Assembly (NCBI GenBank): GCA_028289815.1
Contig: JAPYNQ010000037.1
Location: forward strand, 3,953-67,952
DNA from: Gammaproteobacteria bacterium
Lineage (GTDB): Bacteria > Pseudomonadota > Gammaproteobacteria > JAJDYQ01
Reading direction: 5' to 3'
Length of the DNA stretch: 64,000 nt
In this document: in pieces, positions 1-8,466 of the stretch
How positions within the stretch are numbered: position 1 is the stretch's first letter
How the letters are laid out: every line of letters starts with the position of its first letter
Made by a program: the position numbers and the translations under genes
Notes under the pieces: generated by a model
Told to the model about the DNA's origin: nothing
Seen by the model: only the letters and a program-made list of their open reading frames with translations
Database searches by the model: none

Positions 1-145
1 CTGCTTGTCCACAAACAGCTTCAGGAGCTGTAAGAAGATACTTTTTCCTGTCGCCTGTGGTCCGACGAATATCGTCAGGTCTTCAAATTTAACATCGGCC
101 TCTTCAATGGGTCCAATCCGGTTGGTTCGTATTCGTGAAATCATG
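1..145 (-). CDS. AAA-family ATPase, N-terminal fragment (gene runs off the window start)
   Basis: Minus-strand ATG at 143-145 opens MISRIRTNRIGPIEEADVKFEDLTIFVGPQATGKSIFLQLLKLFVDKQ..., with a Walker A-like GPQATGKS. Only 48 codons are visible. The start lies 5 nt downstream of the stop of the 151-1038 gene, which is an operon-like arrangement. Confidence 0.4.
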
Positions 146-150
146 CTTTT

Positions 151-1038
151 CTATCCCGCTGGTGAACTGACAACACATTCTTCATAACGATGCCTACGCG
201 TAATAAGGTTGCTGTGCAGAAATACTTCCAGCAGATTTTCATAGGATTCATGGCTGATTTCAACTGCCGGTTCCCAGCAGCCCAACTGCTTGTAAAACGA
301 TATGGTGTCGGTTAGTACGTCTGCATCAATCTGAGGAAAGTATTCGCCTATCAGTTTCGCTGAATCTTCTGCCGATGCCTCAATGACAAACTGTCTTGCC
401 TGACGATAGGTGTGCATAAACGCAGCGGCCATTTCAGTTTCAAGCCATTCCGGAGTGGCTGCAATGGAGCTGAATGCGACCGGGCCAACTGCATCACCGA
501 CCGTCGCCACGACAAATCCTATCCCGTCTTTTTCCAGTTGTTGTGGGGCCGGTCCCTGTTGGTGTACATACTCACCCAAGCCGTCGCGAAATGCTCTATC
601 TATTTGATCGACATCGCCCGCATCAATCGCATGGATTGAATCGTAATCAACGCCTTGTTTGTAAAGGCCATATTTTAACATTGCCAGTGGTTGAAAAAAA
701 TGATCTATCAGTATGTCTTTACCGGCGAGACTGTTCCAGGTAAATGCCTTGTCTTCATGTCTGCCGGTGAGGATAAAGCCGTCACGTGCGTTAATCTGGG
801 CAAAGTGCATTATACGGCTTTCGTTACCGGCTTCCAGGTCAGTAAAGTTTACAGCCACCGCCGATTGCGTGACATCGCAGCGACCTTGTGTGATGGCATC
901 GGCGACGGTATTGTCTGACGTCTGTGGTGTATAGACCGGTTCCAGTCCGGCTTTTTCCAGATATCCGCCACTGATGGTCATTAAGTAGGGTGTATAAAAT
1001 GCAGAGTGGCGCAGGGCCATCATTTTGATTTTAGCCAT
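151..1038 (-). CDS. NMT1/THI5-like (periplasmic-binding-protein fold) protein lacking an obvious signal peptide
   Basis: 295-aa ORF. The N-terminus MAKIKMMALRHSAFYTPYLMTISGGYLEKAGLEPVYTPQ... and overall layout resemble NMT1/THI5 and SsuA-type substrate-binding-like proteins. It lies directly downstream of the TRAP operon on the same strand. Confidence 0.5.
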   Translation of the reverse strand: MAKIKMMALRHSAFYTPYLMTISGGYLEKAGLEPVYTPQTSDNTVADAITQGRCDVTQSAVAVNFTDLEAGNESRIMHFAQINARDGFILTGRHEDKAFTWNSLAGKDILIDHFFQPLAMLKYGLYKQGVDYDSIHAIDAGDVDQIDRAFRDGLGEYVHQQGPAPQQLEKDGIGFVVATVGDAVGPVAFSSIAATPEWLETEMAAAFMHTYRQARQFVIEASAEDSAKLIGEYFPQIDADVLTDTISFYKQLGCWEPAVEISHESYENLLEVFLHSNLITRRHRYEECVVSSPAG

Positions 1039-1072
1039 GAGTTTCGATTACGCTGTTAATTTTGATATGGGG

Positions 1073-2437
1073 TTATCCATACACCTGACGAGGCAGCCAT
1101 AGGACCACTTCCGGGAATATAATACATATGGCCAAGCCGGTAGCCTGCAGGAACAAAAAGGGTATTGATGACCGATAGATCTGTGCCATGGTCACATTGC
1201 TCGGTGCCACGCTTTTCAGGTAGAACAGGGCGTAGCCAAACGGCGGGCTTAGAAAGGACATCTGCATGTTCACCATATATACGACGCCAAACCACAGGGC
1301 CAAGTCTTCTGGTGCCACACCCGGCAGGCCGAACACGCCGTCAAAGCTCAGGGTTTTCATTAACGGTACAAAAATCGGAACAGCCAGTAACAGTATCCCC
1401 ACCCAGTCGAGGAACATGCCCAGCACAACCAGGATAATCATCATCAGGATTAGAATGCCATAAGGACCCAGTCCCGTGCCCGCTATGGTGTCATTAACAA
1501 ATGCCTGCCCGCCGTTCACTACGTAGAAGCCGACAAACAACGTTGCACCGAAAATAATCCATAGTACCATACCGGTAACTTTCAGCGTCGTCATGGCGGC
1601 GGAGCGCATGTTTTTCCAGTTCAGTTTTCTGTGCATGGCCGAAACCACAATGGCACCAAAGGTGCCGACGCCTGCTGCCTCAACCGGCGTGGCGATTCCG
1701 GCAAAGATAATCCCAAGTACCAGCACCACCAGCGCAATCGGCGCAAACATGTTTTTTAACAGCCTTATTTTTTCCCGGACATCGACCCGGTCCTCAACGG
1801 GTAGCGGAGGTCCGGCTTCCGGTTTGATCGTGGTTACAGCAATGATATAAATGATGTACATGCTTGATAAAATAAAGCCGGGAACCACCGCGCCGATAAA
1901 CAGCTCGCCCACCGATTGTTGTGCCACGACTGCGAAAAGAATAGCGAGAATTGACGGAGGAATCAGAATACCGAGGGTGCCGCCTGCGAGGATTGAACCA
2001 CAAGCGATGGTTGGGTGATAGTTTCTGCGCATCATGGCCGGTAGTGCGATCAGCCCCATAGTAACCTCGGTTGCGCCGATGACTCCGCACATGGCCGCCA
2101 GCAGGGTGGAGGCGATGATGGTGGAGATTGCAAGCCCGCCTCTTAAGCCACCGAGTATCTTGTATACCATGTCAAACAATTCTTCTATGATGCCCGCCCG
2201 CTCCAGCATGGAGGCCATGAATATAAAGAGGGGTATCGCTGAAAGCTGGTAATCGGTCATCAGCGGAAAAATGCGTGACGGCAGGATGTTAAGCATGGCT
2301 GCATCACCAAATACAAACAGAAAGATGCAGGCCAGACCTCCGGTGACAAATGCCAATGGCAGTCCTGCCATTAACAGCAGGGCCAGCGAGCCAAACATCA
2401 GGACAGTCAGCCAGCCGATACTGATTTCAATTCCCAT
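1073..2437 (-). CDS. TRAP transporter large permease (DctM family)
   Basis: Long polytopic membrane protein with DctM-like segments (GLPLAFVTGGLACIF, GTLGILIPPSILAILFAV). The likely start is the internal Met MGIEIS at 2437; the ORF track extends it to 2530. Confidence 0.85.
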   Translation of the reverse strand: MGIEISIGWLTVLMFGSLALLLMAGLPLAFVTGGLACIFLFVFGDAAMLNILPSRIFPLMTDYQLSAIPLFIFMASMLERAGIIEELFDMVYKILGGLRGGLAISTIIASTLLAAMCGVIGATEVTMGLIALPAMMRRNYHPTIACGSILAGGTLGILIPPSILAILFAVVAQQSVGELFIGAVVPGFILSSMYIIYIIAVTTIKPEAGPPLPVEDRVDVREKIRLLKNMFAPIALVVLVLGIIFAGIATPVEAAGVGTFGAIVVSAMHRKLNWKNMRSAAMTTLKVTGMVLWIIFGATLFVGFYVVNGGQAFVNDTIAGTGLGPYGILILMMIILVVLGMFLDWVGILLLAVPIFVPLMKTLSFDGVFGLPGVAPEDLALWFGVVYMVNMQMSFLSPPFGYALFYLKSVAPSNVTMAQIYRSSIPFLFLQATGLAICIIFPEVVLWLPRQVYG

Positions 2438-3686
2438 GAGTATCCCGGTTCGGTGAGGCTGTTGGTGAATCGGTAATGACTGGATCGGATTGGCCTGACA
2501 AGGTATGAATATCTTCCGCCAGCCGAGCAATTCCCTGTAGCAAAATCAAGAGTGCCCCCAGCGGCAGCGCAAACTTGATCGGATAGTATTGAATGCCCCA
2601 TTCGGTAAAGGAGACTTCCTTAATGCTGAAAGAGTCATAAAAAAAGATCCAGCCGCTAATCAGAAAGGTTAGTACAAAAATAAAGAAAAACACCGAGGTG
2701 ACCAGATCCGCAATGACCTTGCCTCTGGCGGAGAAGTGCATATAAATGACATCGACACGGACATGGGCACGTTCATGGAGGCAGAAACCTCCGGCCAGTA
2801 GATACTGCATACCAAACATCAGAAACATTCCCTCGTGTGCCCAGTTTGTCGGCGAATTAAAGACATAACGCACCATCACTTCGTAGTAATAGACAAAAAC
2901 TGCGATGATTGACCAATAGGCTACAAATTCGCCGATGGTCATATTCAATTTTGCAATCCAGCGGCTAAAGGCAAATTTCTCGCGACCGCGACTGGCCGCT
3001 GTGTCAGTCCCACGCGCAGGACACTCGAAAACTCTAGTCAGGGCATCACCTTCTTGTGCCCGGCATCGCCTGACCATTCCGGGCAATAAAAGCGCATCTA
3101 CCAATATCATCAGGAGTAGCAAACCGCCCATAATGGAGGCCGTCTGATTCCATCGGGTATAATTTTGCCGGGCTTCCACGGCCTCTTGAAGCAAGTTGTT
3201 CTTGTTCGAACTGAGCTCTGCTACCTGCTGCTGCGCCTGCCCATACCTGTTTCTGTTTCTTTCATTATCATGTCGGGAGAGGCGCTCTTTGGCGTTCGCT
3301 GATTTCTTTACCGCACGCTGGATTTTACTTTCTTGCAGGCTTACGGCGTTTTCTGCTCCGGATAATTTATCTCTAGCAGTGCGTATCTCCACATTGACTG
3401 TAAGTATGCCCACAAATACTGCTATAAAAGCCAGTGCCCAGGTGCTGCGGACATACATGCGGTGTACGCCGACAAAGCCGCCCAGCAACAATAAAAAATA
3501 GGCCAGTGGCAGTGATAACAGGTTGCTGGATGCCGAACACTGGGCACGGCGGAAGAAATACATCGAAGTCAGCGGAAAAAAGACCAGACCTGACCAATAC
3601 AGCCAGTGAGGTAAAACGAAGGTAATTTCAGGCATTACAGCGCCCCTGTTCCCGTCATAAAGGCGGGAACAGGGGCAAGCAGACAA
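2427..3686 (-). CDS. TRAP small permease (DctQ family) fused to a ~235-aa N-terminal extension (2 TM helices + coiled-coil + TM)
   Basis: The C-terminal ~180 aa (MTIGEFVAYWSIIAVFVYYYEVMVRYVFNSPTNWAHE...GIARL) is a typical DctQ. It is in frame, with no intervening stop, with an N-terminal region that has hydrophobic helices and a Q/N/R/K-rich predicted coiled coil. The likely start is MPEITF near 3635. Confidence 0.65.
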   Translation of the reverse strand: MSACPCSRLYDGNRGAVMPEITFVLPHWLYWSGLVFFPLTSMYFFRRAQCSASSNLLSLPLAYFLLLLGGFVGVHRMYVRSTWALAFIAVFVGILTVNVEIRTARDKLSGAENAVSLQESKIQRAVKKSANAKERLSRHDNERNRNRYGQAQQQVAELSSNKNNLLQEAVEARQNYTRWNQTASIMGGLLLLMILVDALLLPGMVRRCRAQEGDALTRVFECPARGTDTAASRGREKFAFSRWIAKLNMTIGEFVAYWSIIAVFVYYYEVMVRYVFNSPTNWAHEGMFLMFGMQYLLAGGFCLHERAHVRVDVIYMHFSARGKVIADLVTSVFFFIFVLTFLISGWIFFYDSFSIKEVSFTEWGIQYYPIKFALPLGALLILLQGIARLAEDIHTLSGQSDPVITDSPTASPNRDTHGN

Positions 3687-4808
3687 TTATACGTTCAGAC
3701 TTTGGCCTCTGATCATGCCGGGAGTGACATAACCGAGAGAACCAGACATCATGTAATCCAGTTGAATCTTGAACGCGCGTGCAGCCCCGCTATCCTTGTT
3801 GGCCCATTTGTACCACAGCGGTACGGCGAGCTCTGTAAATGCCTCAACATCATCTTGTGACAGGCGGGTTACCTCCGTACCGGCTTCGGTAAATTTCTTC
3901 CAGGCTTCCTGGTCGGCCTTCTGGATGGCAGCATGATGGAGGTCGGAATAGACATGTGTTTCCATTTCGACAAATCTCCGCATCTTGTCCGACAGCGCAT
4001 TCCATGACTTTTGGGATACCGTCAGATCCATCAGATCAACCGGCTGATAAATAGACATAAATCCGGGTGGACCCATGGAGATATACTTGGTGACCTGATG
4101 GAATCCCAAGGCATAATTGATGGCTGGTCCCACATAGTCCGCAACGTCAATGGTGCCTTTTTCCAGGGCTGGAAAGATTTCTGACCCGGGTAGCAGGGTT
4201 GTCTTTGCACCGGCCGCCTGGAACAGTTCGGCAACCATACCGCCCGGCAGACGCATCTTTCTGCCCCTGAAGTCGTCAACGGAGCGAATCGGTGCTTTGG
4301 AGTGAATAATATTCGGTCCGTGGTGGATAGGGCCGACATAATGCATACCGAATTTACCGAATAACTCACGTGCCAGTTCCAGCCCGCCGAGAGCATAATA
4401 AAACACATCCCATTCATGAGGGTTACGCAGACTCATCGGATACGAGCTGAGAAATACAGCTGCCGGCATCCTGCCCGCCCAGTAAAGCGTGAAAGGATTC
4501 ATTGCATCAAGCACGCCGTTCTTCACCGCATCGAACAGCTGAAACTCGCCGACAACATCTTTAGCGCCGAATGGCTGAAAGGCCAGTTCGCCGTCAGTTT
4601 TTTCCACAATGCTGTTACACCAGTTCCTGAATATGTCCAGACCTATTCCTCCGGGCCAAGATGTCTGCACCTTCCAAGTGGTTGTTGCCGATGTTTGGGC
4701 ATTGCTTATAAACGGGGCGCCAATGGCTGCTGCGCCTGCCGAGGCGATAAATTTGCGCCGGCTACTGTCTGTTTTATCGGGCTGTTCCCGCTTAATTTTA
4801 TCTTTCAT
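3687..4808 (-). CDS. TRAP transporter solute-binding protein (DctP family) with twin-arginine signal
   Basis: The N-terminus has SRRKFIASAGAAAIGAPF (Tat motif). The body has DctP-family features. It is adjacent to and co-oriented with the DctQ/DctM genes. Confidence 0.85.
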   Translation of the reverse strand: MKDKIKREQPDKTDSSRRKFIASAGAAAIGAPFISNAQTSATTTWKVQTSWPGGIGLDIFRNWCNSIVEKTDGELAFQPFGAKDVVGEFQLFDAVKNGVLDAMNPFTLYWAGRMPAAVFLSSYPMSLRNPHEWDVFYYALGGLELARELFGKFGMHYVGPIHHGPNIIHSKAPIRSVDDFRGRKMRLPGGMVAELFQAAGAKTTLLPGSEIFPALEKGTIDVADYVGPAINYALGFHQVTKYISMGPPGFMSIYQPVDLMDLTVSQKSWNALSDKMRRFVEMETHVYSDLHHAAIQKADQEAWKKFTEAGTEVTRLSQDDVEAFTELAVPLWYKWANKDSGAARAFKIQLDYMMSGSLGYVTPGMIRGQSLNV

Positions 4809-5187
4809 CTTTAATCCTCAATATGCGTAGTGGTGGTTAGTACGATGCGATTTCTGTCGTAGCTTGGAAACCTTAGTCCTTTATCGACGGAAAAACAATA
4901 GATTGTTCCATTTTTAATATCACTAAAAAAGCGCTGACTTGATGCTACCCTGATATAGCCTGATATCTATGGGATAGTACCCAAATATTGAAATATTGAT
5001 TGGTGACCACGGGGGACGATCCTTTAGTATCCACTCTCCCATTTGCGTTGGAGGTAGTGCCTCGGTATTTTTCGTGCGGTCGGGCAGGCACTATGCAGGT
5101 TTGACTGTCAGGTGCCCCGGCATGGGTTCACGACAGAAAAAAATAGATCAGCTTCAACGTTGCCGCCCTGTTCGTAGGAAATTATCA

Positions 5188-5732
5188 ATGGTTGAATTGA
5201 GAACCCATGTATTCATTGATTCGCTACAGCCACAGTTGGCGGGATTAATGGCTTCGGTGTCTCAGGGTTTCCCGCCCGTTCCGGGTGATTCCTGTCTCTG
5301 GGTTGAGGTGGCACCGGGGATGGCAGTACATCGGGTAACGGATATTGCGTTGAAGGCAACCCGGGTAAAATTGACTCAGCAGTTGGTGGAGCGCACTTTC
5401 GGTTCCATGGTGGTCCATTCACGTTCGCAGGCCGATGTACGTCAGGCCGGTGAGATTTTGCTTTACAGCATGGACTCTCAGCTGGATGGACGCGACAAAT
5501 GTCAAGTGGTTCCATGATGATTCCGGGGGAAAGCATGTTCATTCTGGAGACCCAGCCCGCAGGCTATATCGTTTATGCCGCCAACCAGGCGGAAAAGGCA
5601 GCCTTAATCAAATTGGTTAACTGTTGGGCGGTAGGCGCTTACGGGCGCCTGACACTTTCAGGCAAAGAAGCCGATATCGAAGAAGCAGCAGTGGCGGCTA
5701 TAGCTGCTGTACAAAATCCGGCAGGAACCTGA
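5188..5732 (+). pseudogene. csoS1D: csoS1D-like tandem-BMC-domain carboxysome shell protein, interrupted by a frameshift/small deletion near 5500-5517
   Basis: Frame 1 (5188-5517) gives MVELRTHVFIDSLQPQLAGLMASVSQGFPPVPGDSCLWVEVAPGMAVHRVTDIALKATRVKLTQQLVERTFGSMVVH..., which matches BMC domain 1 of CsoS1D, and then stops (QVVP*). Frame 3 (5499-5732) continues with [69 protein letters not shown], which matches domain 2. An AGGA sits 9 nt before the ATG at 5188. Confidence 0.6.
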
Positions 5733-5742
5733 CGGGGAAATC

Positions 5743-6323
5743 ATGCATCGCCAGGATCTGCTGAATTATCTGCACAGTCACCGTACTCGCTTTATGGATG
5801 AAGTAGCCTATGTGTGCTGTGCTATCGAATATACTGGAAATAACCCGGACTGTTTCGAGCGAGAGCATACACCTGTTCACATCACAGGTTCTGCCTAGGT
5901 GGTAAATCCGCATCGTAGTTGTGTATTATTGGTGTATTACGGTGCGCTGCACGAATGGTATCAGCTTGGAAGTCATGCTGATGGTGACCCGGATGTGTTG
6001 CGGGTGGCTATGCGCGAAGCGGCTGAAGAGAGTGGCATTGATGATGCGCATATCCGCTTGGTCAGTCCCGAAGTGTTTGATGTTGATAAGTGTTTGATGT
6101 TGATATGTATATGATTCCGGTCTTACCGACAGCGCCGGCCCATGGCCACATTGACATACGGTTTTTGCTGTAGGTTAGTAATGTGTACGATGTTCCGGGT
6201 AGCCATGAATCTCATGCAGTGAAATGGGTGGGGCTGCACAGGGTATTATCCTATAATAACAGCCGCTCAACTTACCGAATGGTTGAAAAGACTCGGCAAA
6301 TGCGCTGCTGGACAGCGGCGTAA
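5743..6323 (+). pseudogene. Nudix hydrolase homologue with in-frame amber stop, 17-bp tandem duplication and further frame breaks
   Basis: ATG at 5743 reads MHRQDLLNYLHSHRTRFMDEVAYVCCAIEYTGNNPDCFEREHTPVHITGSA, then TAG at 5896-5898. The same frame continues VVNPHRSCVLLVYYGALHEWYQLGSHADGDPDVLRVAMREAAEESGI (a Nudix-box-like GX5[D/E]X7-8REAAEESGI). A perfect tandem duplication aagtgtttgatgttgat x2 lies at 6071-6104. A downstream piece is in another frame (...SHESHAVKWVGLHRV...). Confidence 0.5.
6071..6104 (+). repeat. Perfect 17-bp tandem duplication (aagtgtttgatgttgat x2) inside the decayed Nudix gene
   Basis: Read directly from the sequence. The duplication shifts the reading frame. Confidence 0.9.
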
Positions 6324-6400
6324 GTAAATTAACGTAACAGCACTGATACAGAATACAAAATTGATTGATAGATATGTCCCTATGAGTTGATTTAAAAAAA

Positions 6401-6416
6401 TTGATTAGTTAATCAA
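6401..6416 (+). promoter_or_regulatory. 7-2-7 palindrome TTGATTA-GT-TAATCAA in the cbbL upstream region, among several TTGAT(T) direct repeats; candidate operator
   Basis: ttgattagttaatcaa at 6401-6416 is a perfect inverted repeat. TTGATTGAT and TTGATTT copies lie at 6361-6395, about 160-210 bp upstream of the cbbL ATG. Confidence 0.3.
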
Positions 6417-6573
6417 GTGGATTCCAATGTATGCTTATGTTCAGTTGATACAAGTACCTCTGAAGTAAGGTTAACTGACGGATGTTCGGTTGGTCACAGG
6501 CCGTAAAGCCTGGTTTAATCCGGGGCATGTAAAATTTTAAGTCTTGAATAAACTTAAGCAGGAGTAATTAAAG

Positions 6574-7989
6574 ATGGCATCATCGAAAGACTATCAGGCG
6601 GGAGTGAAAGAGTACCGCGAAATGTACTGGACACCAGATTACGTGCCTCTGGATACGGACCTGTTAGCCTGTTTCAAGTGTACCGGTCAGCCTAGCGTAC
6701 CTCGTGAAGAGGTTGCGGCAGCGGTCGCAGCTGAATCCTCGACAGGTACCTGGTCAACTGTATGGTCTGAGCTGTTGACTGATCTGGAGTACTACAAGGG
6801 GCGCGCCTATCGCATTGAAGATGTACCGGGTGATTCTGAGTCTTTCTATGCTTTTGTTGCTTACCCGATTGATCTGTTTGAGGAAGGTTCGGTAGTTAAT
6901 GTACTGACCTCGCTGGTAGGTAATGTATTCGGCTTCAAGGCGCTCAAGCACCTGCGCTTGGAAGATATCCGCTTTCCCATCGCCTATATCAAGACCTGCG
7001 GTGGCCCGCCCGCGGGTATTCAGGTTGAGCGTGATCGCCTGAACAAGTACGGTCGCCCGATGTTGGGCTGTACGATCAAGCCGAAGCTGGGACTGTCTGC
7101 CAAGAACTATGGTCGTGCAGTATATGAATGTTTGCGTGGTGGCCTGGACCTGACCAAGGATGATGAAAATGTGAACTCCCAGCCTTTTATGCGTTGGCGT
7201 GATCGTTTTGAGTTTGTTGCTGAGGCAATTCAGAAGGCCGAGCAGGAAACCGGTGAGCGCAAGGGCCACTATCTGAACGTGACCTCTCCCACCCCGGAAC
7301 AGATGTATAGGCGCGCCGAATTTGCCAAGGAGTTGAACATGCCAATCATTATGCACGACTTCCTGACCGGTGGTTTTACCGCTAATACCGGTCTGGCCAA
7401 CTGGTGTCGTGACAACGGTATGTTGCTGCACATCCATCGTGCCATGCATGCGGTAATTGACCGTCATCCAAAGCATGGTATCCACTTTCGGGTATTGGCA
7501 AAATGTTTGCGCTTGTCAGGTGGTGACCATCTACATACCGGTACTGTTGTCGGCAAGTTGGAAGGTGACCGCGCATCCACTCTTGGGTTCGTGGACCAGC
7601 TTCGTGAGTCTTTTGTGCCGGAAGATCGGTCACGCGGCGTGTTTTTTGATCAGGACTGGGGTTCAATGCCCGGCATATTCGCGGTTGCTTCCGGTGGTAT
7701 TCATGTATGGCACATGCCAGCGCTGGTTACTATCTTCGGCGATGATTCCGTATTACAGTTCGGCGGCGGTACACAGGGCCACCCATGGGGTAACGCTGCT
7801 GGTGCAGCTGCCAACCGTGTTGCCTTAGAGGCTTCTGTTAAGGCACGCAACGAAGGTCGCGAGATTGAAAAGGAAGCTCGCGACATTCTGACCGAGGCTG
7901 CCAAGAGCAGTCCGGAGCTGGTCGTTGCTATGGAAACCTGGAAAGAGATCAAATTTGAATTTGAAACCGTTGACAAGTTGGACGTATGA
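6574..7989 (+). CDS. cbbL: RuBisCO large subunit, form I (IA, carboxysomal type)
   Basis: 471 aa with hallmark RuBisCO motifs ([24 protein letters not shown], active-site region [17 protein letters not shown]). AGGAGT RBS lies before the ATG. It is followed by cbbS and cso genes. Confidence 0.97.
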   Translation: MASSKDYQAGVKEYREMYWTPDYVPLDTDLLACFKCTGQPSVPREEVAAAVAAESSTGTWSTVWSELLTDLEYYKGRAYRIEDVPGDSESFYAFVAYPIDLFEEGSVVNVLTSLVGNVFGFKALKHLRLEDIRFPIAYIKTCGGPPAGIQVERDRLNKYGRPMLGCTIKPKLGLSAKNYGRAVYECLRGGLDLTKDDENVNSQPFMRWRDRFEFVAEAIQKAEQETGERKGHYLNVTSPTPEQMYRRAEFAKELNMPIIMHDFLTGGFTANTGLANWCRDNGMLLHIHRAMHAVIDRHPKHGIHFRVLAKCLRLSGGDHLHTGTVVGKLEGDRASTLGFVDQLRESFVPEDRSRGVFFDQDWGSMPGIFAVASGGIHVWHMPALVTIFGDDSVLQFGGGTQGHPWGNAAGAAANRVALEASVKARNEGREIEKEARDILTEAAKSSPELVVAMETWKEIKFEFETVDKLDV

Positions 7990-8047
7990 CTCATGTCTGC
8001 CGATAGATTAAAGCCTGTTTACGGGACTACTTAAAGAGGATGAAACA

Positions 8048-8389
8048 ATGACAATATCAAATACGGGCAACTATGAAACTGCCAATACGCTGGAAACCTT
8101 TGGTTTTCTACCTAGGATGAGTGCTACTGAAGTACAGGCACAGGTCGCCTATATCATAGCAAGTGGCTGGACGCCGGCGATTGAGCACGAGCATCCGGAC
8201 AATGCTTTCGATCACTACTGGACGATGTGGAAACTGCCTTTTTTCGGTGAGGGAAACATGGATAACGTGCTGACTGAACTGGAAGCCTGTCATCGTGCAT
8301 TCCCTGGCCATCATGTTCGTCTGACGGGCTACGATAACTATACTCAATCCCAGGGTTCCTGTTTCGTGGTTTATGAGGGTCGTGCATAG
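8048..8389 (+). CDS. cbbS: RuBisCO small subunit
   Basis: 113 aa with the RbcS-like motifs ETFGFLPRMSATEVQAQVAYIIASGWTPAIEHEH...YWTMWKLPFFG. It is immediately downstream of cbbL. Confidence 0.95.
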   Translation: MTISNTGNYETANTLETFGFLPRMSATEVQAQVAYIIASGWTPAIEHEHPDNAFDHYWTMWKLPFFGEGNMDNVLTELEACHRAFPGHHVRLTGYDNYTQSQGSCFVVYEGRA

Positions 8390-8466
8390 GCAGCGATCAG
8401 ATATTGCCCGATTGGGGTCGGAATCTATACGAGGACGACCGTTTAATTCAGTCACCGGGGTTAATT

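Noticed and set aside
4031-4417. 128-aa ORF nested in the same strand region as dctP, and the ORFs 5..187, 410..934 and similar inside the NMT1-like gene
   Set aside because: They are nested in, or antisense to, better-supported genes and have no motifs.
6754-7485. 243-aa ORF antisense to cbbL, and the similar antisense ORFs in csoS2 (9364-9888) and elsewhere
   Set aside because: They lie entirely inside strongly supported genes on the opposite strand. They have no motifs and no RBS, and are typical shadow ORFs of GC-rich codon-biased genes.
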